Shown one piece after another: positions 25,733 through 36,704 of a stretch of DNA of 64,000 nucleotides; positions within the stretch are counted from its first letter, which is position 1; every line of letters begins with the position of its first letter. The notes beneath the pieces were generated by a model, which was not told the DNA's origin, did not search any database, and was given only the letters and a program-made list of their open reading frames with translations. The translations under genes and the position numbers were made by a program. Location of the stretch: NCBI GenBank assembly GCA_012295275.1, contig CM022667.1:16492001-16556000 (forward strand). Reading direction: 5' to 3'. The stretch is from Chrysomallon squamiferum. Taxonomy: Eukaryota; Animalia; Mollusca.

Positions 25733-26156
25733 TTTTTTTTTCTTCTATTCTCTTTCTCTCTTTTCTTTCTTCTCTTTTACTTTTTCTCTGTTTTCCTTCT
25801 CTCTTTCTCTCTTTTTCTCTAATCTTCTTTTTTCTTCTTCTTCTTTTTTTTATCTAACAGTGGTAGTAATTGTGATGTTAGTATCAGCAGTTAAGATTAA
25901 ACATAAAACTTCAATAAATTACTGTTATGTTCGTATTTGCTAACTGTTGTTTCTATTGATTACGTCATTCTTCGTTGTTAATTAGATCAGCTAAGTAACT
26001 GGCATTTGAGTACTGCCTGATTTGTTTACGATGTGTATGTAATTGACATGGCATTGAGTATTAGTGCGTGTCATAATTACTAGGAATATAAGGTAGGCGC
26101 TTCTGTTTCTTCCACATTCAGTTTTGATTTGAATTTACAGAAAGTCATTAGAAACT

Positions 26157-26459
26157 ATGGAGAAATTCAGTCTGTACGCTGCACTCTACGAAACAGAGAA
26201 TCGCTTCAGACGAGCCTGCGAGCAGATTGTCATGCTGAACACCAAGCTGGAAGAACTCCAGCTCCGATACGACAAAGCGAGAGTGGACAACCACAAATCG
26301 TTCCGATACAACTTGCGCCTGAAAATGGCCACTGTGGAGGGTGTGCGTAATTCCTACTACGAATACGCCTGCTGGAAAGCAGAAACGGTGGCCGAACTGA
26401 GGATGCGATTGTCAATCGTTTCGCCCGAATCGGAATCCGATGACGAATACATGCAGTAA
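26157..26459 (+). CDS. 100-aa protein, copy 3
   Basis: Protein identical to copy 1. Confidence 0.85.
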   Translation: MEKFSLYAALYETENRFRRACEQIVMLNTKLEELQLRYDKARVDNHKSFRYNLRLKMATVEGVRNSYYEYACWKAETVAELRMRLSIVSPESESDDEYMQ

Positions 26460-26497
26460 AGTGAGCCGAAAGCACACAACTATGCCTTTGAAACGGC

Positions 26498-26534
26498 GGC
26501 TCTTTTAAGGGCCATGCAAATCACGTGAAAGTGA
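26498..26534 (+). terminator. Histone-type stem-loop + putative HDE (copy 3)
   Basis: GGCTCTTTTAAGGGCC at 26498-26513. Confidence 0.85.
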
Positions 26535-26722
26535 TTGCACACAATTGCCATATTTTCTTTGATTCTATTTTATTTCATTTATTTTTTAAAGATACATTTT
26601 TTTCATCCCCATGTGCATATCCCTGGAAACGAATCTGTAAATAATAAATGATTTCACTGACTGAATACACAAATAAAGAACTCAAATGTATTATTATAAT
26701 AATAATAATAGTGAAAACAACA

Positions 26723-26809
<87 letters not shown>

Positions 26810-27302
26810 GTAACAGTGGAATTCCCTACAACGACAACAAAAATAACGTACGTGAACAACAACGTCTTCGAAACACTAAGCGCCGTTACTGTATTCAGTG
26901 ACAATGAAATGAGGGAACGTCACTGCTTGCGTCGTGCACTCAGTGCATAAGAGAGGGCTGTGGTTTATTGGTACATGTATAAATAAGTGCGATTTTATCA
27001 CGAGCAGAATAACACGGAGTTGACGTGGAGGTACGTTCTGGTCTTGATTCAGTTTCCGATTGCTGATCCGTTTAACATAGAGAATGCACATTTTAGCCGA
27101 AGACTTCCGAACGCGGTGAAATATACCGATGATTCGGAGTGCAACCACGTGATTATATCGACGTGCTTATATTTGTTTTCTCAGTAGAGAAGAAATTACA
27201 ATTGGAAACAACTAATAATACCAACGACGAAAGAAGAAAGAGAACATGTTAACCTGACGCCGTAAACTTATTCACGTATACGATTATTTTCGATGTACTG
27301 TT

Positions 27303-27421
27303 GTCTACGGCCATACCACGTTGAAAACACCGGTTCTCGTCCGATCACCGAAGTTAAGCAACGTAGGGCTCGGTTAGTACTTGGATGGGTGACCGCCTGG
27401 GAACACCGAGTGCTGTAGACA
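27303..27421 (+). rRNA. 5S rRNA (copy 3)
   Basis: Identical to copy 1. Confidence 0.97.
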
Positions 27422-28244
27422 TTACGTTTTGCTTATTTATTATTAGTATTATTACTGAATCTTTCAAAATATTTTCTGTTAATTATATTAGTTTCGGATA
27501 AATGTTCTAATTTATTGAGACTGCTATTACAAACAATTGAAAATAACTGTTTATCTTGTCGATTTATTTCGAAAGGATTAAATGGAAATCTCAGAGCATA
27601 AAGGAAAATAACAATAATAATTGATAAAAAGGTAAGGTTCAGCTGTATTGTCTAGGCTGCTAACTGGTGCCTATTCTCGGATACGATCCGACGACTACTC
27701 GACACGGAGACTTTTGCCTGCTGCGTTTCCGCCCAGTATGATCCACATTTAGAAGAATAATAGTTCTGACATTTTTTACGGCCCGCTTTGTTACCTTTTC
27801 TCTTGTAAAATTTACTAATTACCCGTTTTCCATACTATCTGACAGAATTACCTTTTCTTTTTTTTCTTTTCTTAATTCACATTACAACTTTATGAAATAA
27901 AATTTTGAAATTTTCTCAGAATTTAACATAAAAGTCACAGCTACACAATTCATACGAAGAGATGTATTTTCATTCTCTTTTCTAAGGCATCGGTTTATTC
28001 TTTAATTGTAATATCTTTCTCACAGTTTTCATTTTCAGAATCCTTTATTTCATTGGATAATAAAAAATATCTATGTTCTCTTGTGTATGTAATTTGGAAT
28101 AAAATTCATAAAAATATTGTAATACATGTTCAGTAGTTCTAATTAATCCATTTTCTTTCTTTAGTTCTTTTGTAGAATTTATTTCTATTTTTTTTAATTA
28201 TTCTCCGAAGTTGAGAAAATAACTAAGAAGAAGAAAAAAAAATA

Positions 28245-28317
28245 AGCCGACGTAGGGACTCGAACCCTAGACCCTCAGATTAAAAGTCTGATGCTCTACC
28301 GACTGAGCTACGAAGGC
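28245..28317 (-). tRNA. tRNA-Lys(TTT)
   Basis: Identical body; poly-T terminator. Confidence 0.88.
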
Positions 28318-28499
28318 TATACATAAGTACATAAAATGAATGAATCAGTGAATCTCTCGTTAGATATTTAAAATGAGAAAGAGGAAAAAGATGATAATGA
28401 TAAAGTAAAAAAAAAGATACATTTCGAGTACTAATGGTTATGTCAAGAAATTTTGTCACAAGTTTGTGTATAATGAAATTTTGCTGAAACGAAAGTGAA

Positions 28500-28785
28500 T
28501 TACATTAAATGGCAGGTTTGGAACCGTTGTTATATTGCGTTTTCAACAATACGAATTTTATTAAGATTGGCCCAGTAGTTCCTGAGATATGAGGGTTCAC
28601 AGGTTGGCAGTCACACCCATTTTTGCCAAAAATCTAAAAATTCGGGGGCCATATCTCTCACACCTCTTGTCCGATTGGCATAAAATTTCAGATTTGGTGT
28701 TTTGAGAAGTATCTGAGACAGTCGGGTTTAATTTTTGTTTATATTTTGTGTGTTGGGGGGGGGGTGATTTGACATGGAATGACCC
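28500..28785. mobile_element. Probable DNA-transposon end fragment
   Basis: Foreign block inserted between the tRNA flank and the Tx1 fossil, ending in GATTTGACATGGAATGACCC; no partner TIR seen. Confidence 0.35.
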
Positions 28786-30130
28786 TTCTACATTATTTAA
28801 ATCAACAATATCCGTAACATCTTTCACTGACATAATATTATCAGCAGTATTTCTTTGCTTTGCACCACAAATATGCTTTATGAAAAAAAAATAGATGACA
28901 GAACATGTTTAAGACGATTACCAAGAACTTTAAATATAATTTTTAATGAAAATTTAAAAGAATAACAGGTCTGAAATATTTGCGATCCACTTTCGTAAAA
29001 ATTACTCATTACCCTTTTGATACTATGTGACATATTCTGATTTTTTATTTTTTTTATTTGACGTTACCACTTTTTGAAAGAAAATCTTAAATTTTTCTCA
29101 GAATTTAACATAAAATTCAAGTGAGTCAGTCAATACCAACAGATTTATTTCAATTAATTTCTTTTAGGGCATCCGGTAGTTCTTTAACTGTTATATCTTC
29201 CTCATAGTTTGGTGAATTATCTAGGGTATCTTCCGTGTTTCCAGTTAATCCATTTACTGTTTTTAGTTCTTTAATAGAATTTGATTCCGGTTTTGATTTT
29301 TCTAAAGTGAGAAAAAATTACATATTTCTATCCATATCTAGATTCCATTCAGCTTTGTATCTTAAAAGAAAACCATTAAAATTAGGTTTTCTCAAATAAT
29401 TGTAACTTTTCTTCTAAGATTTGTATATAACTCAAGTCAAGATACTTATTTACCGCTAGTGTAGAAGGTTTCGTTTTAAATAATTTTGGATATCATAATA
29501 TATCTCCTTGTCCAATTTTCTCTTATTAATGACAAAATGTCTTGCAGGTGTTTTTATTTTATATTTTAAGTTATACAACCAAACAATAGGTTCAGTGTCA
29601 AACAAAGGACTCAGAAACACTATTAATTTCATCAACAATAGATTTATAAAAATTCCCATCTTTGAACAATTCCTTATTAAATATCCAAATACCTAGCCTC
29701 TCTAAAAAGGAGAAAAATATGTTTTATGTGGTACAAAATTGTAATCATTTGATAGTATGAGATATTACTGTACATTATTTATAATCGTAACTAGAGGAAT
29801 ACGAGATTTTATCCGAGGACATTTACCTTAGACAGTATTAACATCAATTCTCCCATACATGAAAACAGTCGCTTCTTTTTTCTACTTTCTAAAATGTTTT
29901 AACAAATTCTCATCATACCTTTTTCTCTGCCTTTCGTTTGTTCTCTTCTCTACTTCTGTCAAAAGTCCACTGTAACTTTCTCCTGACATATTAAAATATG
30001 CCACATTTGTGTGTGTTGATAACAACAGACCTACCATGTAATTTAATTTATGCATTTTCCATATATTCAAAATACTTTTTATTTTATTCAGTTTCTCTAG
30101 CCAGTTACAGATGTCACACATTTGCCCCGA
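28786..30130 (-). mobile_element. Fossil Tx1 ORF2 fragments
   Basis: SPLFDTEPIVWLYNLKYKIKT matches CPLLQTEPSVWWDNLKYKMKT; CNWLEKLNKIKSILNIWK matches LNWKNKLAKMSNLINLWS. Confidence 0.75.
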
Positions 30131-30356
30131 GAAACTCGCCTAGCACGCGCGCAGCGTCGTGTTAATCTGTACCGGAGTAACATCAGAGAAACTCCATTTC
30201 AGCTTGTTCTACATTCTCATCTTTCTATACTGACTTTTGCACACTATCTGAATACTGTTTTGAAAATGTATGTAAATCTATATGTATATGTTTATGAATG
30301 TGAAAAAATAGGTGTGCTAAGTAATTTTTAGAATTGCTTTCAAGAAATTAAAAAAA

Positions 30357-30410
30357 GGCATGGACGGACCAGGAATTGATCCTGTGTCATTTTCGTGGCA
30401 GCCGAGCATT
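30357..30410 (-). pseudogene. Degenerate 3' part of a tRNA-Gly(GCC)-like sequence
   Basis: Minus strand AATGCTCGGCTGCCACG...GGATCAATTCCTGG...ATGCC followed by T-run; resembles animal tRNA-Gly-GCC (AATGCTCGCCTGCCACG...GGTTCGATTCCCGG..ATGCA). Confidence 0.55.
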
Positions 30411-31255
30411 TGATTTTATTATTATTATTTTTTTATCTTTATTGATATAATCAACAGTTGTACACTATTAAAATATCATTAAAACAGTAAATAACAATAA
30501 TAAAAATTAGTCATCCTATCACACACTCAGTCACACTCACACGCATGCATACTTATTTACTCAGAATATTCACATACATTAACAGTATTTTAAATTAAAA
30601 AAATTGTATCCATTTTTATGATATAGCTATATTGATTATTTATAGCTTGCTAAAGGATATTTGAAAGTAAGTATGTCATCTTTTAATTCTAGAAAAATAT
30701 TCTTAACATATTTGTTAATACAAATTGAAAGTTTCTTTTGAATACGATATTGATTTAGAATGATTTTAAAGCACTGATATACATAACTTCTAAAACAATG
30801 TATTATATTGATGTTTATTCCTTTCAACAACGCCTCTTCAACACTGATATCCTACAAATTGAAAGAATAATATAAATATATTCTATTGTACATTTTTCAG
30901 TTTTTAGATAACATCCAAATATTAATAATCTTTTAAATTTATCTAGGATAAAACCTGTTTTCTTAAAAATTTGAATACATATTTCATGAAAGATTGATAT
31001 CAGTTCCGACAATTCTTCACAATACAAAAATAAATGGCACAAATCTTCATCATCCTTCGAACACACTGGACATATACTAGATGAGATTTTGCCATATCTA
31101 CATAATTTACTATATGTATATATTATATGATGAACTGTTCTAAAATCTAAGTCTGTAAAATCAGTAAACTTATCACTATAATGTATCCATCTCGAAACTG
31201 GTCTCCAGAATATATTAAAACCAAGCTCAGTCCATTTTCCTTCACAAGTAGGTGA
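30411..31255 (-). mobile_element. 5'-truncated Tx1 copy (ORF2 C-terminus + 3' UTR + A-rich tail)
   Basis: PTCEGKW...CPVCSKDDEDLCHLFLYC...FKYPLASYK*; 3' UTR matches 40615-40810. Confidence 0.9.
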
Positions 31256-31555
31256 TATAACGTTTCTACCACTAGACCAGTTTTCTTCACAAGTAGGTGA
31301 TATAACGTTTCTACCACTAGACCAATTTTCTTCACAAGTAGGTGATATAACGTTTCTACCACTAGACCAATTTTCTTCACAAGTAGGTGATATAACGTTT
31401 CTACCACTAGACCAATTTTCTTCACAAGTAGGTGATATAACGTTTCTACCACTAGACCAATTTTCTTCACAAGTAGGTGATATAACGTTTCTACCACTAG
31501 ACCAGTTTTCTTCACAAGTAGGTGATATAACGTTTCTACCACTAGACCAATTTTC
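31241..31555. repeat. 45-bp minisatellite x7 at the Tx1 5' junction
   Basis: TTCACAAGTAGGTGATATAACGTTTCTACCACTAGACCARTTTTC in head-to-tail copies with no spacers. Confidence 0.97.
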
Positions 31556-31574
31556 ACCAGAACTGAAAACGTTT

Positions 31575-32340
31575 ACCATACTCTATGAAGTTTATGACCG
31601 TTGAAGGGATAGAATATTTTCGTCTTTTTTTTTCTCAAGATAATGAATTGAAAGTATGTTATAATTGTATGGCTGACATTCCCATAACCAAATATTGCAC
31701 AGATGTAACATATCATTATTGTAATGGAAGAGGATATATATATTTTTTTTAAATTGCCCTAAAACGTTTCTTTATGAAAAGTATTGGAAAAAACCAAACA
31801 TGACTGTCAGAGTACGACAGCGATGACCAGAAAAACAGCGACTGTGGCAGTGACATTATGGAGTGTGATACAGATAATTGGAAAACAAAGAAGAAAAAAT
31901 AAAATGAAACAAGAGGCATGCAGAAAATACGTACAACAGAAGTGAAAAATAATAAGGAAAAAGAAAAATCGCAATGGAGAGAAAACAGAAGATAAAAACA
32001 ACGAAATCACAACTGTGAAAATTATTTACAAGGACGCCAACACTTTCGAAAAAGAAAATAGTCAGCAGACAAAAGCACTGCGTTGGGCCAGATAATCAAA
32101 CGTCGAAGAGAAAAAATCTGGAGCGTTGCAGAGAAGGGAAAACAAAAGCGGCTGTTTGAAAAGTGTGAGTGAATGTATTAATAATGCGATGAATGAGTAT
32201 GGTGAACTGAACATGGATAAGCTTTAGAATTTTTAAGAATGGACAGTTTTTTAATAACTTTTTAAATTATTTTTTAGAGAATTATATAAATATACAATAA
32301 TAGCAGTAGATTTTAATGAACTTTGGGATTCGACTTTATG
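31575..32340 (+). mobile_element. Degenerate Tx1 ORF1 3' fragment
   Basis: ttaccatactctatgaagttt...aaagtatgttataattgtatggctgac is colinear with 36030-36700. Confidence 0.75.
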
Positions 32341-32791
32341 AAGTAAAATCTTTAAATTATCTCAGAATTTAACATAAAATTCATATCCGTAATTTTATTT
32401 CTATTCATTTCTTTTAATGCATCCGTTAATTCTTTAATCTTTTATATTTTTCTCACAGTTTTCTCATTCAGAATCCTTTATTTTATTTGATATTAAATTT
32501 ATTATTTTATCCTGTTTAAAAATATCTACGTTTTCTTGGGTATGTAATTTTAATTCATATTCATAAGACATTCCAAATATTTTCTACTATATCATTTTAC
32601 TGTTTAGTTCGTTAATAAAATTTAATTCTTTTTTTTTGAATGTTCAAATTATTATTATTTTTCAGTCTTCTTGTCTATATAATTTTGCCATAATTTGTGT
32701 CTAGATACATGATATAGTAATTTTTCGATTGTTATTATTTTTAAATCAAGATATTAAATGATTAAAAAAACAAAATGACAATAAAAATTTA

Positions 32792-32864
32792 AGCCGACGT
32801 AGGGACTCGAACCCTAGACCCTCAGATTAAAAGTCTGATGCTCTACCGACTGAGCTACGAAGGC
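32792..32864 (-). tRNA. tRNA-Lys(TTT)
   Basis: Identical body in diverged flanks. Confidence 0.88.
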
Positions 32865-33222
32865 TATACGTAAACACTTCAACTGAATGAATATATGAAT
32901 GTTTGGTTAGATATAAGCCATCAAATTGATATTGGTAATCAATGTCACATTAAAAACAAAATAGACAGTAATAATGATGATGATGATGATGATGAATTAA
33001 AATAAAATATATTTAGAATACATATGTTTATCTCAAGAAATTAATATTTTTTCCATAAAATCATTTTCTATTATGACGTTTTCCGACCAGCTGTTACACA
33101 CTCAAATATTCCATACTGCACATATACTCAGAAATACATGTATTGTGCATATTATGCATCAATATATAACGTAGTAAAAGAAAACGAACTATACTAATCG
33201 TTTAAAGGTCAATACAAATACA

Positions 33223-33272
<50 letters not shown>

Positions 33273-33349
33273 CAACAACAACAACAACAACAACAATAGC
33301 AAAAATAACAACAATACTAATAAATGAATGTCGAAAAAAACTAATAATA

Positions 33350-33385
33350 AGCCGACGTAGGGACTTTACCCTTAGACTGTCAGAA
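33350..33385 (-). pseudogene. Degenerate tRNA-Lys 3' fragment followed by Tx1 remnants (to ~34270)
   Basis: agccgacgtagggactttacccttagactgtcaga; the adjacent ORF 33541-33735 matches the Tx1 ORF2 (YMNMNLNYDI). Confidence 0.65.
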
Positions 33386-34283
33386 TATTAATATTTTTTA
33401 TTGAATTTATTTATAAAATCAAATAAATGTACACAAATAGATAAAAAATAAAAATCGACAACAATAAAAACACGTAAACATATACGCACAAACAGGCAGT
33501 AAAGTAATAATGAGCTAAAAAGTCATAATGTTTTGAATATTTATTTAAAGGATTCTGACAAAGTTTGTTCTGAATCAAGTGGGAAAATGTATTCCCCTTT
33601 AGTCACAGAGTTCCAAGCTGACAACTTCTCAGCATAACAAGAGTTAGTATCCTTTAACGCATCTTTATTGTAAATTATCTTTAAAATATCATAATTTAAA
33701 TTCATATTCATATATTTATTAACAAATGCTGACACTGTTAATCATTATCAAACAATTTTTTTTAACATTTTAATAAAAAAGCGATTTTTTTAACGAAACA
33801 TCTTGAATATTTAGCCAACCCGACTTTTTATTTCCAATGATTGTTGAATATATAAAAGGTTTCTGAAAATTTTAAGACGCGCTTTGTCTTATTTTTTTGT
33901 TTAATAATAAGTGACGACATGTCCTCTTTTTTAATTGAAAAAAAATCTTCATATTTTACCAGAATTTAACATAAAATTCAACAGTTAGATCATCCATATC
34001 AGGAATTTTATTTCGATTAATTTCTTTTACAGCAGTCGTTAATTCTCTACGGGTAATATCTTTCTCACAGTTTTCACTTGTTGATGTTAAACTCATAAGA
34101 ACTATTTTCTTTCTGTTATTCTTAAATAATTTTTGAAAGAGTAAACATTACGTTTGGATACATGATATAGTAATTTTGGGATTGTTAATATTCTTTTTAA
34201 TCAAGATATCCAAAAAGACTAAACATCAAAGAAATGATAAATATTTTATGAAAATAACTCAGAAAATAAAATAAAAACCGTTA

Positions 34284-34356
34284 AGCCGACGTAGGGACTC
34301 GAACCCTAGACCCTCAGATTAAAAGTCTGATGCTCTACCGACTGAGCTACGAAGGC
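34284..34356 (-). tRNA. tRNA-Lys(TTT)
   Basis: Identical body in diverged flanks. Confidence 0.88.
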
Positions 34357-34460
34357 TATGAAAACATAGTTGAAATGAATGAATGCATGAATGTCTGGTT
34401 AGATATAAGCCGACAAGGCGATATTGGTAATCAATGAAACATTTAAAACAAGAAGGACAA

Positions 34461-34526
<66 letters not shown>

Positions 34527-34660
34527 TATTTAGTATATCTCAGGAAATTTTGTGTTAACATTTCGCTTTAGAATTAGTATGTATCAGTATAGTTTCCTAC
34601 CAGCTGTTACATAGTCACGATACAGTACATGTAATCTGAAAAATATATGATTTTTGAAAA

Positions 34661-34710
<50 letters not shown>

Positions 34711-34936
34711 TATTGTTTAAGAATTACTTCAAAGCGGTGTTGCATATAGTATCTACGGAAACGTACTAGATTAATATTTGTTGTTAATTCAGTCATTATA
34801 CGTCTGTTAAAACTGTAATTCTACATATTGTAGATACACACACACAGGTTTTTTTTTTATATTCATATCTAAATCGGATATCTAAAACAAATGTATTCCT
34901 TGATTATTATGTTTCAAATCCAACAACAACTGTAAG

Positions 34937-34942
34937 ACACAC

Positions 34943-35005
<63 letters not shown>

Positions 35006-35072
35006 GGTACGTTGACTTACGAGTGCACCATTTTACGAGTTTTCCGAGTTACGAGTAGTCGCCTGGTAGCTG
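34937..35072. repeat. (CA)n followed by a Tigger/pogo-like TIR remnant
   Basis: CAGTGGTACGTTGACTTACGAGT with three TTACGAGT repeats. Confidence 0.5.
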
Positions 35073-35659
35073 TATATATATTATTAAATACTAATTACTT
35101 CGATGATCTCCATTGGGTTGTCTCTTATTTGTTATACAGTCAGCTTAAAGACTAATTAAGCAAACCTCAGTTATTTTACTGAAACTTGACCGAACACATT
35201 TATACTATACTGATATGGCTGTAACACTGAAATATACATGCTAGTGCTAGATACATAATACATATGTCTAAGTAAACAAACAATCTTGAATCTGGAGAAT
35301 TTATCCTTGTTTTAGCATTCAAAGATTCAAATTCTGTTAAAGAATTAAAAACAGTAAATGGATTAACTAGAACAATCGAAACATTAGAATATGCTTGTGA
35401 TTTTTTATTAAAATTATATTCACAAGAAAACATAGATATTTTTTTATTTCAAATAAAGTAAAGGATTATGAAATTGAAAACTGTGAGAAAAATATTACAA
35501 TTAAAGAATTAACGGATGCTTTAAAAGAAATTAAATTGTAACCGTGTCAATTTCTTTTTCTTTCTTGTTTGAAATATGTCATTGATTACCAACATCGCCT
35601 TGCTGGCTGATATCTAACCAGGCATTCATACATTCATTCAATGTAAGTACACGTGTATA

Positions 35660-35670
35660 GCCTTCGTAGC
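35660..35670 (+). pseudogene. 5' 11 nt of tRNA-Lys, with upstream flank, at the Tx1 5' junction
   Basis: tataGCCTTCGTAGC, preceded by the reverse complement of the conserved tRNA upstream flank (35580-35659). Confidence 0.85.
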
Positions 35671-35677
35671 AGGCGAC

Positions 35678-36379
35678 ATGATAGATTTTGTAAGTGGCCA
35701 GGTGGGTGATGTGATAAAAGCGTGCGTACCGAAAGAATCCGACTCTTATGAAATAACACTAGAAGATATTATACAAGCGAGAATGATTACGGAAATTGAT
35801 GAAACAGAATTGAAAGGTCTAAAAATAAAGGCGAGAATTTTGAAATCTGAAACTGTAGTAGTTTCCTTTTTGCACTTGCCTGCCTACATTGAAGATGAAG
35901 AAATTGAAGAAAAATTGAAACAAATGGAAATAGAAATTTTATCACCAATTTATAGAAGGCTATACAAAGGGACAAAAATTGCAGATGGAACAAGATACGT
36001 GAGAGTGAAATTTCCACCCGGAATAAAAAGTTTACCATACTCAATGAAATTTAGGACTTATGAAGGAATAAAATATTTTCGTGTTTTACATGACAATCAA
36101 ATAAAAGTATGTTACAACTGCATGGCGGATAATCATTTGTTGAAAGACTGTCCAAATATAAGGTGTCATAACTGTAAACAAAAAGGACATTTTGCTAGAA
36201 ACTGCCCGAACATATTTCTGTGTGAAAAGTGTGGAAACAAAGAGGATGAATGTGAGTGTTGGTCAGAGTATGACAGCGATGAACAAAAAAACAGCGACAG
36301 TGACAGTGATGGTATGGAATATAATGTAAAATCAAAGGAGAAAAAAAAGAAATTGAAGCAGAAAGTATCCAGAGGATAA
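35678..36379 (+). CDS. Tx1 ORF1 (5'-truncated, premature stop)
   Basis: LHLPAYIEDEEI, DGTRYVRVKFP, LPYSMKF, CYNC..DNHLLKDC, CHNC..KGHFARNC. Confidence 0.85.
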   Translation: MIDFVSGQVGDVIKACVPKESDSYEITLEDIIQARMITEIDETELKGLKIKARILKSETVVVSFLHLPAYIEDEEIEEKLKQMEIEILSPIYRRLYKGTKIADGTRYVRVKFPPGIKSLPYSMKFRTYEGIKYFRVLHDNQIKVCYNCMADNHLLKDCPNIRCHNCKQKGHFARNCPNIFLCEKCGNKEDECECWSEYDSDEQKNSDSDSDGMEYNVKSKEKKKKLKQKVSRG

Positions 36380-36704
36380 ATACAACAGAAATGGAAATCA
36401 ACAAGGAACAACAAAAATCAGAAAATGGAGAAAAAAACCAAGAAAATCCCCTGATAAAAACACCAAAGTGAAAATTACTAACAAGGAAGCTGGAACCATC
36501 GAAGCAGAAAATAGTAAGCAGAGTAAAACAAAGCGTCGAACGAGATTGATCAAGCGTCCATCAGAAGAAAACTGTGGAGCTTGGTAGAAAATAGAAAACA
36601 AAAAAGAGACAAGCAGCACACATGAAAAGTGTGAGAGAAAGTGTTGCCAGGGTAATGAATGAGTATGGGGGAGGATATAGACAAGATATAGAATATTTTA
36701 AAAA

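Larger units (their letters stand above)
20286..28244. repeat. Tandem array, 3 units of ~2.6-2.7 kb (split tRNA, 100-aa gene, (AAC)n, 5S rRNA, Tx1 fossil)
   Basis: Units start at 20286, 22957 and 25682; near-identical, except that the third has a deletion near 27540 and a more divergent distal end. Confidence 0.97.

Noticed and set aside
31241-31555. CRISPR-like array
   Set aside because: Head-to-tail 45-bp repeats with no unique spacers, eukaryotic context, no cas genes.
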